Positions 1 through 10,480 of a stretch of 64,000 bases of DNA are shown here, piece by piece. The stretch is from Limnothrix sp. BL-A-16. Lineage in GTDB: Bacteria; Cyanobacteriota; Cyanobacteriia; CACIAM-69d. The notes beneath the pieces are model-generated. The model was not told the origin of the DNA. It searched no databases and worked only from the letters and a program-made list of their open reading frames with translations. Numbering within the stretch: the first letter of the stretch is position 1; every line of letters starts with the position of its first letter. A program made the position numbers and the translations under genes. Location of the stretch: contig CP166615.1 of the NCBI GenBank assembly GCA_041937175.2, positions 832,001-896,000 on the forward strand, written 5' to 3'.

Positions 1-36
1 CGCACTCATGGCAACAGGATGGTTCGTAAGGCGATT

Positions 37-306
37 TTACTGGAAGGTGCGCTGGTAGGCGGCCCGCACCGCTTGATATTCCTCCCGGTTGCCATTGCGC
101 TGAAGCGCTCGCATTCTGACCTCGACCATGGTTCGGGCATCGCTGCGGGTAACCGGTTCAAACCGAAGGCCCGTTTCCGCGATCGACACCAAAAAGAACA
201 GACGATGGGCGTATAGCGTCGTAAATAATTCGCGACTGTTTTCCAGCCGACAAATCATCAGCAATAACCCAAACGTGGGGTGATTTAGATAGGCTTCGAG
301 GCTCAT
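37..306 (-). CDS. pipX: PII-interacting protein X (NtcA coactivator)
   Basis: 89 aa from ATG 306; YLNHPTFGLL...LFTTLYAHRLFFLV...Y..TFQ is the PipX signature. Confidence 0.93.
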   Translation of the reverse strand: MSLEAYLNHPTFGLLLMICRLENSRELFTTLYAHRLFFLVSIAETGLRFEPVTRSDARTMVEVRMRALQRNGNREEYQAVRAAYQRTFQ

Positions 307-887
307 TCCAGCTCTAGTGGGGTAGGACAGCAAGCCGGCCACCCAGAGCGCTTGGCTCGGGATGGCCAAGGAAGTGCGATCGGGTTAGTTTATGGCGTGC
401 AGATTGCCATCAAATCATGACGCAGCAAAACGTTCGTGTCGAACAGTTGCATCGAACAGTTAATAGTATCGGAATGCGATCGCCTTTCACCGGGATGGCC
501 CGTGAAATCTCTGCGGGATTTCTCCAATTTTCAGGTCTTTCGCGGGGTGTTTCTGACGGGCGATCGGGGTTTTGGGTCGAGATTCGATCGGGGTTTGACT
601 CAAATTCAGCCCAATTCGGTTGAAATTCTTAATTCCGATGACTGCACTGGGGCCAGAAACCGGGGATCGATCAAACACAATCCTTGCCTAGGTTTGCTGC
701 TTTGTTGGGGCGATCGGCCCGATCGCCCCCCGAATTCAATTCCCAACGGTTGGGCTGCCTAACCTTGAGTGTTGGGGCCAGGGCGAGGGCCATTGTCATG
801 GCCAGGATCATGCGGCAACCCAAGAGGCTGGGATCGCAGGGAAATGTTACGGCGGGCTAACTTTCTCAGGATCCGTCGAATTCAACC

Positions 888-1036
888 CTAGGGGGTGTCG
901 TCATTTTTCAAGGTGATGCTGAAACGGTTGATTTTCCATGTCCTAATCGTTGTAACAAGATGCTCAAGCCCCTTGTCCCCCACGATCCGCTAACGGCAGA
1001 TCTAGGGTTTCGGGTTCAACGACGACAAGCCCTAAG
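888..1036. mobile_element. MITE-like element, family B
   Basis: Imperfect terminal inverted repeats CTAGGGGGTGTCGTCATT ... AACGACGACAAGCCCTAAG; internal CAAGATGCTCAAGCCCCTTG; related to 51470-51556 in the opposite orientation. Confidence 0.55.
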
Positions 1037-1109
1037 CCCCTTGTCCCTCACGATTTGCGCCCAATTCATCCCCAGATTCAACCTCCGATTCTAGGCGGGC
1101 TACCTTGGG

Positions 1110-1631
1110 TTAATCAACGGCACTGGAGTCAGCCACCGAGCCAACCCCAAACCCACAAACCAGAATGGCGGAAGCGGTGGCATAGTCCCGATCGTGGCTG
1201 AAACTAACTTGCCAATGGGTTGCTGGCCCAGCACTGGCAACGGCGGGGTGGGTTTGGCAATGGAGGGCACAGCGGCGATCGAGCGCGGCCACCGCTCGGC
1301 CATGTAAACAAACGCCCGGTTCGCCCGTGGCCCGGCGGGTAATTTCCACATCCTTGTAACCCACTCCGTGCCAGCCTGTGCCCAGGGCCTTGACCACAGC
1401 TTCTTTGGCAGCCCAGCGGCCCGCCAACCGGTTCACCACATCAGGGGTGAGGTGATCGTTCAGCAGAGTTTCGGAATCGAGGGTTTCCCAAGGGATCGAT
1501 CGAGCCAGCGATCGCCAACAAGTCCGCTGTTCCTGGGGAGTATAGACCCGTTGCAGAAAGCGGCCCCCGAATCGATCGAGGGCTGCTCGGATGCGGGGGA
1601 TATAAACCAAGTCAGTACCCAGATAAAACAC
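1110..1631 (-). CDS. acpS: holo-[acyl-carrier-protein] synthase (AcpS-type PPTase)
   Basis: GTDLV, LAGRWAAKEAVVKALGTG and VSFSHDRDYATA motifs. Confidence 0.9.
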   Translation of the reverse strand: MFYLGTDLVYIPRIRAALDRFGGRFLQRVYTPQEQRTCWRSLARSIPWETLDSETLLNDHLTPDVVNRLAGRWAAKEAVVKALGTGWHGVGYKDVEITRRATGEPGVCLHGRAVAALDRRCALHCQTHPAVASAGPATHWQVSFSHDRDYATASAILVCGFGVGSVADSSAVD

Positions 1632-1647
1632 GGCGACTAAACATCAT

Positions 1648-1744
1648 CCATTGGGTCAAGGCGGTAGGAGCAGTCCTGGTAACAAGGGGCTTAAGCCTTG
1701 CTGCCTAACGGTTTAGGGGCGGTAACAGTCAGTTAACTTGACCT
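1648..1744. repeat. degenerate internal copy of MITE family A (no terminal repeats)
   Basis: GGTAACAAGGGGCTTAAGCCTTGCTGCCTAACG...GTAACAGTCA matches the cores of 16556-16703 and 50194-50358. Confidence 0.6.
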
Positions 1745-1755
1745 ATCATTCATGC

Positions 1756-3129
1756 CTAGTCCGCAGAGCCAGCGGAATTCAGCCGCTGTTGCCAAGCCCG
1801 ATCGACCGCTTCCGGGTTCAGGGCTTCCTGCTCCGTCACGTCCATTTCTGTGGTGTAGGTCAAATCCCGATCGGTGATTTGGTTGCGCGCTTGGGTCAGT
1901 TGCTGTCGGGCGGCTAACTTGCGGGACAAGTCAGAATCTGGATTGGTCACCAAATCCGCTAGGGCACTGCGCTGCTGGTTGCGTCGCTCGATCGCCCGAT
2001 TGCGCCCCGAAATCACCCACCAACGAACTGCCGGAATGCTCAAAAATGCGCTGCTGTAGCCCAGTCCCAACAGGCAGGTAAAGCGCAAGAACCCATAGGC
2101 CTGGCCAAAGGTTGCCGCATCCCCCGCCGCAATCAGACCACCCAACACCAAGGACAGCACCAACAGTGCCACCCCCAGGGCGATCGCCCCGGCCCGTTGC
2201 CCCGAGCTGGCGCGACTGAAGTTATAGATACGCTCCGACTGGAATCGCGGCAGGGTTTCGGGCAGGTCGGCCAAATCCTGCACGGTGGTTTGCAAGTCGG
2301 GGAATTGGTAAATAATTTCGCCTTGCTCGGTCACCTGGGGATGGCCATTAAACCGCACCAAAACTGGCAACATCCAATCTTCGTCCAGGTCTTGGGCCTT
2401 GGGCATTGCCCGATCGGGCAGCTCCAGATAGGGGGCCACCTGTTCCACCACCACTGCCCCTTGGTTTTGGCGAATCACTTGGGCAATCAGTTGCCAACGT
2501 TCCTTTTCCAAATACAAATTCGGGTTGCCATCCCCAAACAGGAAGGAATAGATCGCCTCTAAAAAGTTGAGATCGGGCTTTTCCCGTCGCCGTTGGTAGG
2601 CGTAGTTATCGTAGTCGGGCCACCAGATCCAAATCCAATCGGACCAGCCGTAGTAGCCGCCCCAGATTGGGAAACCAATATTCCAACTACCCGAGCTGGA
2701 GCCAGACCCCCGCGAATCGCCACCACCACCACTATCACTATCGCTGTCCCGCGAGTTGCTGAGGGCTACCAAAGCCACCACGATCGCCGCCACCACTGCC
2801 ACAATCAACAGCAACAGCACAATGCCAACGGACAGCCGAATCAGGTAAAACAGGACTTTCCAAATCTTGGCCCAGGTTTCCTGAAGTTGGAGTTGCCAGA
2901 ATTTGTTGCGCAGAATGTCGCGAAAGTCGCGGGAAAAGACATAAACCACGTCACCGGACTCGGCCACTTGCAGGTTACCGCCGGCCGAAGCCGCCAACAC
3001 CATCAACCCCCGTTCCGCCAGGTTTAAATCCAAACCCGATTGGGCAGCCACATCGGCCACGGTGACACGGTAGTTCAGTTGCTCAACGGCTTCTAACAAG
3101 CCAGATTCGATCGTGGGCGCAGCAGCCAT
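1756..3129 (-). CDS. conserved cyanobacterial/plastid membrane protein of unknown function (At5g03900-like)
   Basis: RVTVADVAAQSGL..., LEAIYSFLFGDGNPN, FNGHPQV...IYQFPDLQ; hydrophobic segments and a Gly/Ser linker. Confidence 0.75.
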   Translation of the reverse strand: MAAAPTIESGLLEAVEQLNYRVTVADVAAQSGLDLNLAERGLMVLAASAGGNLQVAESGDVVYVFSRDFRDILRNKFWQLQLQETWAKIWKVLFYLIRLSVGIVLLLLIVAVVAAIVVALVALSNSRDSDSDSGGGGDSRGSGSSSGSWNIGFPIWGGYYGWSDWIWIWWPDYDNYAYQRRREKPDLNFLEAIYSFLFGDGNPNLYLEKERWQLIAQVIRQNQGAVVVEQVAPYLELPDRAMPKAQDLDEDWMLPVLVRFNGHPQVTEQGEIIYQFPDLQTTVQDLADLPETLPRFQSERIYNFSRASSGQRAGAIALGVALLVLSLVLGGLIAAGDAATFGQAYGFLRFTCLLGLGYSSAFLSIPAVRWWVISGRNRAIERRNQQRSALADLVTNPDSDLSRKLAARQQLTQARNQITDRDLTYTTEMDVTEQEALNPEAVDRAWQQRLNSAGSAD

Positions 3130-3279
3130 AGGTCTATAATCAGCCGCTCTGGGTCTTTTGCGGTTTTGCTCAGTGCTGTTCCCAGTATAGGGAAGCCCTT
3201 TGGGTTTGAGCTTGGGCCTGAGCCGATCCCAACCGGTTCGGGCCGCTGGGCTGAATATCTGGGCTAAGCATGGGCTTGC

Positions 3280-4539
3280 TTAAGCGACCGATCGACGCAT
3301 CGCCACCCACAGGTCTTGATATTGCCGTAACGATTCGGCCGGCAACGGTTGCAGCAGTTCGCAGCGATCGAGTTGCTCAGAAGTGGGCAGCAACACATCC
3401 CGCTGCACCTCCGCTGTCATGGCCGCGCGATCGCCCTCCAACCAGGGAGCTGGAGCCGCATCCACCCACCCGGCCAACCCCTGGGCAATGTCCGATTGCC
3501 AAGCAAGACTGGCCCACAGGGTCGCCAAATCCAGTGATTCCGGAACCGCATGAACCGGCCGCACCCACAAATCCGCCCAAAGAGACGTGCCTGATTGGGG
3601 AACCACCGCCCGCAAACTTCGCTGGCGAGCCAGAGCCGTCACCACCTCATGGGACCAACCCACCGCCACCCAAGCATCCCCCAACAGCAGCGGTTGCAAA
3701 TAATCCTGAGTGGCATAGATCAGAGCCTGTTGATTCAGGGCCGCCAAAGCAGCGGTCAAGCCGGTTACGGACTGGGGTTGAGCTTCGTTATACGATCGCC
3801 CCAATCGCTTCAGGGTCAAGCCAATCACCTCCCGAGGCCGATCGAGCAGCACCACCTTGCCCCGCAGCTCCGGCCGCCACAAGTCCGCCCAATCCTGCGG
3901 TTCCCATCCCAAGGCCGCAAACCGATCGGGCCGGTAAACCAAAACCGTCGTTCCCCAACGGTAGGGAATTCCCCAAAGGGATCCGGCGTGATCGGGCAAT
4001 CCTTGGCGATTGAGTTGGATCACGGACTGCCAGCGATCGCCGAAAGTTACCCCCGACGGGCGATCGGGCCAAGGCTGGAGCCAACCGCGCCGCACCGCCC
4101 CCGCCAGCCATTCATGGCCCAGCAATCCCGTTAGCCCCACCGGCCCCGCCCCCGTCGGCCGCAAAAATGGAATCCACGATCGCCAATCACCTTGGCCAAT
4201 GGTGGTTCCCGCCGGATCCCGTTGCCAGTCTTGCAACTGTTGCATCAGCAGTTCCGCCTGATCCAGCAACGTCAGGTGAATGCCTCGGGTGGCTCCCTGT
4301 TCGTTAGCCAGCCGTTGAAAAGCTTGGAGCAGTTGGGCAGGAACCGTATTCTCGATCGCCAGCACCGTCAAATCATTGGGATTGCGCCGACCACAGCCCC
4401 CCAGCAACAGGCTCGCCGCGATCGCCCCCGTGCCGAGCAACCATTGCCGCCGCCCCCACCGAGGCTCCGGATCCGCCGCCATGCCGGGCGATCGATTCCC
4501 CTTCAACTCCACCCTTGCCTCGGGATTTTGCAAAGTCAT
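3280..4539 (-). CDS. ABC transporter solute-binding lipoprotein, PotD/PotF-like
   Basis: Tat-like RRQWLL plus lipobox LLGGC; GIPYRWGTTVLVY, W.DLW.PEL.GKV.LLD.PREVIG, VAVGWS, P.SGT.LWAD; start may be downstream. Confidence 0.82.
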   Translation of the reverse strand: MTLQNPEARVELKGNRSPGMAADPEPRWGRRQWLLGTGAIAASLLLGGCGRRNPNDLTVLAIENTVPAQLLQAFQRLANEQGATRGIHLTLLDQAELLMQQLQDWQRDPAGTTIGQGDWRSWIPFLRPTGAGPVGLTGLLGHEWLAGAVRRGWLQPWPDRPSGVTFGDRWQSVIQLNRQGLPDHAGSLWGIPYRWGTTVLVYRPDRFAALGWEPQDWADLWRPELRGKVVLLDRPREVIGLTLKRLGRSYNEAQPQSVTGLTAALAALNQQALIYATQDYLQPLLLGDAWVAVGWSHEVVTALARQRSLRAVVPQSGTSLWADLWVRPVHAVPESLDLATLWASLAWQSDIAQGLAGWVDAAPAPWLEGDRAAMTAEVQRDVLLPTSEQLDRCELLQPLPAESLRQYQDLWVAMRRSVA

Positions 4540-4869
4540 GGCCGCCTAGATTGTCTTATTGATGCGAAATTGATGCGACTTGCGCGTCGCTTGCCCGTTA
4601 ATGGCGCATTCATTGCCAGGTCATTTTAGCGATCAACTCTCAATATTTGAAGTTTTATAAAGTTTTGACAAGTTTTTTGTACATATCTTTCTAAAAGATC
4701 ATTCTTCGGAAGAATGCGAAACACTTTCCAAAACAACAATATCTTGCACAATCTACCATGCGGATAATCGTTAAATGATTCAGCGATTGCTGAACTTTTG
4801 AGGATGGGTTATTTACGATAAAAACACAAGCCTCCGCCAGCGCAATCCAAAACTATGCGCTGACCTCCT

Positions 4870-5253
4870 ATGGAACCATTGCAAGATCAAATTTCACTCC
4901 TCAATCACAAGCTCGATGCGCTACATCAGTCGATTGAAACACTCTTGGGACGCTTAGCAAGTCGTGTTTCTTCCGAAGAGTCATCATCCTTACATGAACC
5001 AATGGCTCAGATTCTTCAACGGGGTGCAGCCTTGGTTGATTCCCCCAGCCCTGTTCTCCATTCCATGGCTGATCTGAATGCTGAATATAAAGATATTCTG
5101 ATCGATGATAGCTATCGGGAACCGAGCGATCGCGCGGGAGACAAGGAACTCACGCCGGAAATTCAAGTGCAACGGTTAATGGCTCAATTAACTGCTGCCT
5201 ACAATCGGATCGCCGACTTAGAGGAACAACTCCTTTCGCGACGGATCCATTAA
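4870..5253 (+). CDS. conserved cyanobacterial coiled-coil hypothetical protein
   Basis: 127-aa ORF after an AT-rich leader; C-terminal PEIQVQRLMAQLTAAYNRIADLEEQLL. Confidence 0.75.
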   Translation: MEPLQDQISLLNHKLDALHQSIETLLGRLASRVSSEESSSLHEPMAQILQRGAALVDSPSPVLHSMADLNAEYKDILIDDSYREPSDRAGDKELTPEIQVQRLMAQLTAAYNRIADLEEQLLSRRIH

Positions 5254-5979
5254 CTTGGATGCCTCCAAGGAACGAGTCGATCGACTCTTTGCCTTGGCCT
5301 CAATCCGATTGTAGGCAAGTCTTAAATTGGCAGTCATTCGCCGATGACGGTTCGGATTTGGGTCAACTCCATCATGCCTTTCTCATATTTCAGAGGGGCA
5401 ACTTTGAGACTACTGCTATTAGTTTGTGATCAAAAATTTGATCAGATCCTTGAAGGTTTTTGGAAGGAATTTCTCTGAATTTTGTGGGATCAGCGGATCG
5501 CGTGGAAGTAATTCTGTTAGAGATCCCCAACCATTGCCCATGCTTTACGCATCAGGCCTCAGCAATCGCAGAGCGTACCAGGGCTAGTAGATCACGATCG
5601 GTGCGCAATATTCAGTTCCGGAACCTTTAAGCTCAGTGATTACTCCAGAATTCGTAATCACCCTCTGACTTCTTTAGCAAATTGGTGGGAAGACTTTACA
5701 AAGCACTATGTGGCTGCTTACCCTCTGGCTCAAAGGGGGGATCTGATGCCAATGGCCGATTCAGGGGCGCTTTGGTTGCGATCGATCGTCCCCTGAAAGC
5801 CCTGAACAGCTCTGAAAAGTCCTGCAACGTTCTGAACAATCAGCGTTGTCGCCCAGTCCAAAATCATGGATCGGGATTGATGGATTGGGGCGCATCGCTG
5901 TGCATCCCGATCCGGACTCTCGGCTGGCGCTTCTGACCTGTGCCAATCATGGGGCGAGAATGGTCTCAATTAGGATGAC

Positions 5980-7140
5980 TTGTCCAATCTCGCTCTCTTG
6001 TATTCCATCATGCAGTACTTCACGCTTGCACGCTCTGGCCGCCACATCACGATCCTAATCAGTGCGATCGCCCTGCCGCTTCCCCTGCTGAGCGCTTGTG
6101 CCCCTAGCCGTCTCAGCCCGGAAGTAACCATGGCGCTCGCACCGCTGGCTGTTGCTTGTAGTGGCCAACCGGTTGCCGAAACCACCGACTACGACCCCAA
6201 GAACCCAACACCCCCAATGGTGGCGATGGTGGCAGATAATGGCAATTTCGTTGCCGATGCTCTGTACCTAGATGCCAAAGCCAAGCAGGCAACCGCCGTT
6301 AAAGAGACCCAGCTCGTGTTGTGTGTAGCGCCTGAAAAACCAGAGCTGATTGAAACCTGTCGATATAGTGGCTCCGGGTCTTACGAAATCCCTCGGTTTT
6401 CACAAAAAGTTGGCCTGAAATTGGTCAGTGCCAAAACGGGCAAAGTGCTAGCAGAAGCGAATCCCACTGCTGAGGCTAAACCCTGTTCGGAATCGCTGAC
6501 TACACGCGAAGGATCAACACCCAACACAGCTCCATTGACCGCAGAAATTCCCCTCATGGATTTGGTGCAGTCTTGGAGTTTGACGGCGATCGCCAGTACC
6601 GCTCCTGCCGTGAGTGTATCCCCCGCAACCGGTGGATCTTCCTCAACCCAAGGAGCCAGTAACTCCAGCACACCCAAGGAACAGTGCAAAGCCCTAGAAA
6701 CCCTTACGAAGAGTGACTTTGGCTACGGGTCAAAGGCTCAAATTGAAGTGCAGTCCAGAGCCAACCAGATTAAAGATCCGAATAACGATATTCAGTTGCG
6801 CGTCGCGAACAACATGGGCAAACAATCCATGGCAGAGCATTTGCCAGCCGTGGCTAAGGCGATCGCCCAAGGTGAAGCCTTGTCGCTGTCGGATAGTGCT
6901 TTACAGACCATCCGCGATCGTTTCTTGGTGGGGTTGAAAGGGATGGAAAAAGACTTAAAAGCCTTTGACGGTTTAGTGAAAGAGTCGGCAACAGCGATCG
7001 AAAATCAACCCATTGATCGTCAAAAAGTGCAAGAAATCAACCCCAAGATGCAGAAGATTGCCAATGATTTGACAAAACAATCCCAAGAACTTTCGGAAAT
7101 TACAATCAATGTTTCTGTGCTTTGCTCAACCATCAAATAG
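5980..7140 (+). CDS. hypothetical lipoprotein
   Basis: 386-aa ORF; lipobox-like LLSAC; Cys-containing N-domain, Ser/Thr linker, helical C-domain; start uncertain. Confidence 0.65.
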   Translation: MSNLALLYSIMQYFTLARSGRHITILISAIALPLPLLSACAPSRLSPEVTMALAPLAVACSGQPVAETTDYDPKNPTPPMVAMVADNGNFVADALYLDAKAKQATAVKETQLVLCVAPEKPELIETCRYSGSGSYEIPRFSQKVGLKLVSAKTGKVLAEANPTAEAKPCSESLTTREGSTPNTAPLTAEIPLMDLVQSWSLTAIASTAPAVSVSPATGGSSSTQGASNSSTPKEQCKALETLTKSDFGYGSKAQIEVQSRANQIKDPNNDIQLRVANNMGKQSMAEHLPAVAKAIAQGEALSLSDSALQTIRDRFLVGLKGMEKDLKAFDGLVKESATAIENQPIDRQKVQEINPKMQKIANDLTKQSQELSEITINVSVLCSTIK

Positions 7141-7189
7141 TTACGCTGACTCAATCAGAATTTGAGGTGTATTTGGGCTTAATTAACAA

Positions 7190-8008
7190 CTAGTCATCGG
7201 CCGTTTGCACCACGGCTAAAAACTCCACCAAGGTGGGAGCCGATCGCCCCGCAATTTCCTCGGCCCGCAACCAAAGCAAAAATTCCACATTGCCCGCCGG
7301 CCCCGTAATGGGCGATCGCACCAGGCCGCCGTAGTGCCAACCGATCGCCTCGGCCCCTTGCCAAACGGTTTGGATCGCCTCCGCCCGATCGCGCGGATTC
7401 CGCACCACGCCGTTTTTGCCCAGCCGATCGCGCCCCACTTCAAATTGCGGCTTCACCAGCAAAATCACCTCACGCGGCGGTTGCAACAACGCCCAGAGGG
7501 CCGGCAACACCTTCGTCAGGGAAATAAACGACAGATCCGCCACGCCCAAATCGGGCATCGGATCATCAGACCCGTACAGCTCCGCCGGGGTCAGGTGGCG
7601 CAAATTCGTGCGTTCGCGTAACCGCACACGCGGATCCTGGCGCAACGTCCAAGCCACTTGCCCATAGCCCACATCGATACCGTAGACCTTGGCTGCGCCC
7701 GCCTGCAACAGGCAATCGGTGAAGCCGCCCGTGGAAATGCCACCATCGAGGCAAATGCGGCCCGTGGGGTCGATCGGGAAGGCCTCCAGGGCGTGGATCA
7801 ACTTTTCGCCACCCCGAGACACAAAGCGCGATCGGGCTGCCACTTCAATTTCGGCATCTTCGGCGATCAGGGTTCCCGGTTTGTCCACGCAGGCGCGATC
7901 GACCCGCACTTCGCCGGCCCGAATCCACCGCTGGGCCAACTGGCGCGACTCGCATAATCCGCGACTCACCAACAGCGCATCTAATCGTTGTTTGCCCGTT
8001 TTTGCCAC
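7190..8008 (-). CDS. tlyA: TlyA family rRNA 2'-O-methyltransferase
   Basis: S4 domain KQRLDALL, FVSRGGEKL, LDGGISTGGFTD, LVKPQFE, GPAGNVEFL; GTG start at 8008. Confidence 0.93.
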   Translation of the reverse strand: MAKTGKQRLDALLVSRGLCESRQLAQRWIRAGEVRVDRACVDKPGTLIAEDAEIEVAARSRFVSRGGEKLIHALEAFPIDPTGRICLDGGISTGGFTDCLLQAGAAKVYGIDVGYGQVAWTLRQDPRVRLRERTNLRHLTPAELYGSDDPMPDLGVADLSFISLTKVLPALWALLQPPREVILLVKPQFEVGRDRLGKNGVVRNPRDRAEAIQTVWQGAEAIGWHYGGLVRSPITGPAGNVEFLLWLRAEEIAGRSAPTLVEFLAVVQTADD

Positions 8009-8039
8009 CGATCGGGATGCTCGCAGCGATCCTGGATTT

Positions 8040-8149
8040 GGGCGCACCGCTGTGCGCCCCTACCAATTGTTGATTGATCGTTTGAAATTGCAGGGATTGA
8101 ATCTGAATCCCAATGTTTCCGGCCCGTAGGGGCGCACCGCCGTGCGCCC
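8040..8149. repeat. inverted pair of GTAG-type REP elements (REPIN-like)
   Basis: 8040-8063 GGGCGCACCGCTGTGCGCCCCTAC and 8126-8149 GTAGGGGCGCACCGCCGTGCGCCC, each palindromic, inverted relative to each other. Confidence 0.75.
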
Positions 8150-8168
8150 GCTCATATCGCGTCGGTCT

Positions 8169-9263
8169 TTACGCCGATTCGTTCAACACCGCGATCAGCG
8201 CTTCACCCATGGCCGTGCAACCCACCAGGGTCTTGCCTTCGGACATGATGTCACCCGTACGGAAGCCCCGATCAAGCACCTCATTCACCGCCTTTTCGAT
8301 TCGATCGGCCCCTTCCGGCAGATCCAACCCGTAGCGCAACATCATCGCCGCGCTCAAAACGTGGGCTAACGGATTTGCCTTATCTTGGCCCGCAATATCC
8401 GGCGCGGAACCATGCACCGGTTCAAACACGCCCGGCTTGCCCGGTTCGCCCAAGCTGGCCGAGGGCAACATGCCAATACTGCCGGTCAGCATGGCTGCCG
8501 CATCCGAAAGAATGTCGCCAAATAGGTTGCCCGTAACGATTGTGTCGAACTGTTTCGGTGCGCGAACTAACTGCATGGCCGCGTTGTCCACGTAGAGATG
8601 AGACAACTCCACTTCGGGATAGTCCGCCGCCACGGCCGTCACCCGATCGCGCCACAGTTGCGACACTTCCAACACATTCGACTTATCCACCGAGCAAAGC
8701 TGGTTGCCCCGACGCTTTGCCGTTTCAAAGGCCACGCGGGCGATGCGATCGACCTCGCCTTCGCTGTAAACCATCGTATTTACGCCGCGCTTTTCGCCGT
8801 TTTCGCCTTCAAAAATGCCGCGCGGTTGCCCAAAGTAAATGCCGCCGGTCAGCTCGCGCACCACCATGATGTCTGTGCCTTCCACCACTTCCCGCTTCAG
8901 GGTCGAGGCATCCACCAACTGGGGCAAAATCGTCGCCGGCCGCAGGTTGGCAAACAGACCCAGACCGGCCCGCAACCCCAGCAGGCCGCGCTCGGGCCGC
9001 TGGGCATTGGGCAGGCTGTCCCACTTGTAGCCGCCGATCGCCGCGAGCAACACCGAGTCACTGTTGCGGCAAATCTCCAGGGTGCTGGCGGGCAGGGGTT
9101 CGCCGGTTTGGTCGATCGCGCAGCCCCCGATCGGCGCTTCGGTGAATTCAAAGGTCACGCCAATCTTTTGGGCGACGGTTTCGAGCACCTGAACGGCAAC
9201 GCGGGTAATTTCGGGGCCAATGCCATCACCGGGCAGCAGCGCAATGCGATAGGTCTGGGTCAC
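8169..9263 (-). CDS. leuB: 3-isopropylmalate dehydrogenase
   Basis: [46 protein letters not shown]; probable GTG start 9263. Confidence 0.97.
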   Translation of the reverse strand: MTQTYRIALLPGDGIGPEITRVAVQVLETVAQKIGVTFEFTEAPIGGCAIDQTGEPLPASTLEICRNSDSVLLAAIGGYKWDSLPNAQRPERGLLGLRAGLGLFANLRPATILPQLVDASTLKREVVEGTDIMVVRELTGGIYFGQPRGIFEGENGEKRGVNTMVYSEGEVDRIARVAFETAKRRGNQLCSVDKSNVLEVSQLWRDRVTAVAADYPEVELSHLYVDNAAMQLVRAPKQFDTIVTGNLFGDILSDAAAMLTGSIGMLPSASLGEPGKPGVFEPVHGSAPDIAGQDKANPLAHVLSAAMMLRYGLDLPEGADRIEKAVNEVLDRGFRTGDIMSEGKTLVGCTAMGEALIAVLNESA

Positions 9264-9407
9264 GGGTCGGTCAAACAAAATCAGGAGGGTTGAACGGACT
9301 TCATCATAGGACGGGAGGCGGCCCTTTCCATGGGAGATTTTCCCGACGACTTAGGGCATAGTCGTGAAGACAAATGATTGATGGTTATCTAGTCAACGGT
9401 CTAAACC

Positions 9408-10424
9408 ATGAGTTCCAAAGTTGATATCACAGCCCAAAACTTTCAGACCGAGGTGGTGAGCAAATCCAGCGAGAAGCCGGTGGTTCTGTACTTTTCCTCG
9501 CCCACTTGCAGCGCCTGCCAACAGCTCAGCCCGGTGCTAGAAGAGATCGTCAAAAACTACGACGTGGTTTTGGCCAAGGTGAACACTCAACAGGAAGTGG
9601 GTTTGGTGCAACAGGCGGGGGTGCGATCGACCCCCGATGTGCGACTGGTGCAGAGTGGGCGTGCAACGGATCAATTTGTGGGTGCAGTGTCCGGCAACGA
9701 AGTACGCAGCTTCCTGACCCGCAACAGCGTGAACTTGTTGGCGGGGCCCAAATTCCTGGACTTGACCAACGACAGCGATAACCGCGTTATCCCTGTCAAC
9801 AGTCTCAGTGAATATCCCAGCGGGGTGCGGGCCTTGGGTGGCAATGACACCGTGACTGGCTCCAGTGATGTGGATGTGTTATTTGGCAATGCGGGCAATG
9901 ACCTGCTGTTGGGCAACGATGCCAACGATGTGCTCAATGGTGGTGCTGATAATGACGTGTTAGATGGCGGCTTAGGCAATGATCTGCTGAGCGGCAACCG
10001 GGGCAACGATTCCCTGGTGGGCGGTGATGGCAATGACATCCTGCGGGGCGGTCGGGAGAACGACACGCTGTTGGGTGGTGATGGGGATGATGTGCTGTCC
10101 GGCGACTTTGGCACGGATGTGCTGACGGGGGGTGCGGGCCGAGATTTGTTTGTGTTGCGAGCTGAAGAAGCCGTGGCCGGAGCCGGGGTGCAAACGGTCG
10201 ATCGAATTACGGATCTCAGCGTTAGCCAAGGAGATGTGGTGCTGTTGGCGGCCGATTTTGCCATTGCTGATGTGACGGTGACCGCTGGCAATGTGAACAA
10301 CAGCGGAGCCGCCGATGCCATCATCAGCCGCACCTCCACCGGGGCTTTGTTGGGGGTGGTGTTGGATCAAACGCCGGACGTGGTGCGATCGGCCTTGCAG
10401 GTGATTCCGCCCTCTTCCCTCTAA
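9408..10424 (+). CDS. thioredoxin domain fused to RTX/hemolysin-type Ca-binding repeats
   Basis: N-terminal Trx fold with CSAC and a cis-Pro-position STP; about ten GGxGxDxL-type nonapeptides; DRITD C-terminal motif. Confidence 0.85.
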   Translation: MSSKVDITAQNFQTEVVSKSSEKPVVLYFSSPTCSACQQLSPVLEEIVKNYDVVLAKVNTQQEVGLVQQAGVRSTPDVRLVQSGRATDQFVGAVSGNEVRSFLTRNSVNLLAGPKFLDLTNDSDNRVIPVNSLSEYPSGVRALGGNDTVTGSSDVDVLFGNAGNDLLLGNDANDVLNGGADNDVLDGGLGNDLLSGNRGNDSLVGGDGNDILRGGRENDTLLGGDGDDVLSGDFGTDVLTGGAGRDLFVLRAEEAVAGAGVQTVDRITDLSVSQGDVVLLAADFAIADVTVTAGNVNNSGAADAIISRTSTGALLGVVLDQTPDVVRSALQVIPPSSL

Positions 10425-10444
10425 ACCGATCCTGTTCAGTTGAT

Positions 10445-10480
10445 GGGGGCTGCTAGGCGATCGCCCTAGCAGCCCCTTTT
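10445..10480 (+). terminator. intrinsic terminator
   Basis: GGGGCTGCTAGG-CGATCGC-CCTAGCAGCCCC-TTTT about 20 nt after the stop codon. Confidence 0.8.

Noticed and set aside
1..9. Possible start of pipY (ATG at 9, minus strand) downstream of pipX
   Set aside because: Only three codons are visible; support is synteny expectation alone
417..762. ORFs upstream of pipX
   Set aside because: Overlapping short frames with no motifs; likely promoter or intergenic DNA
4650..4680. AAGTTTT x3 as an HLR1 site
   Set aside because: Too many mismatches and wrong spacing
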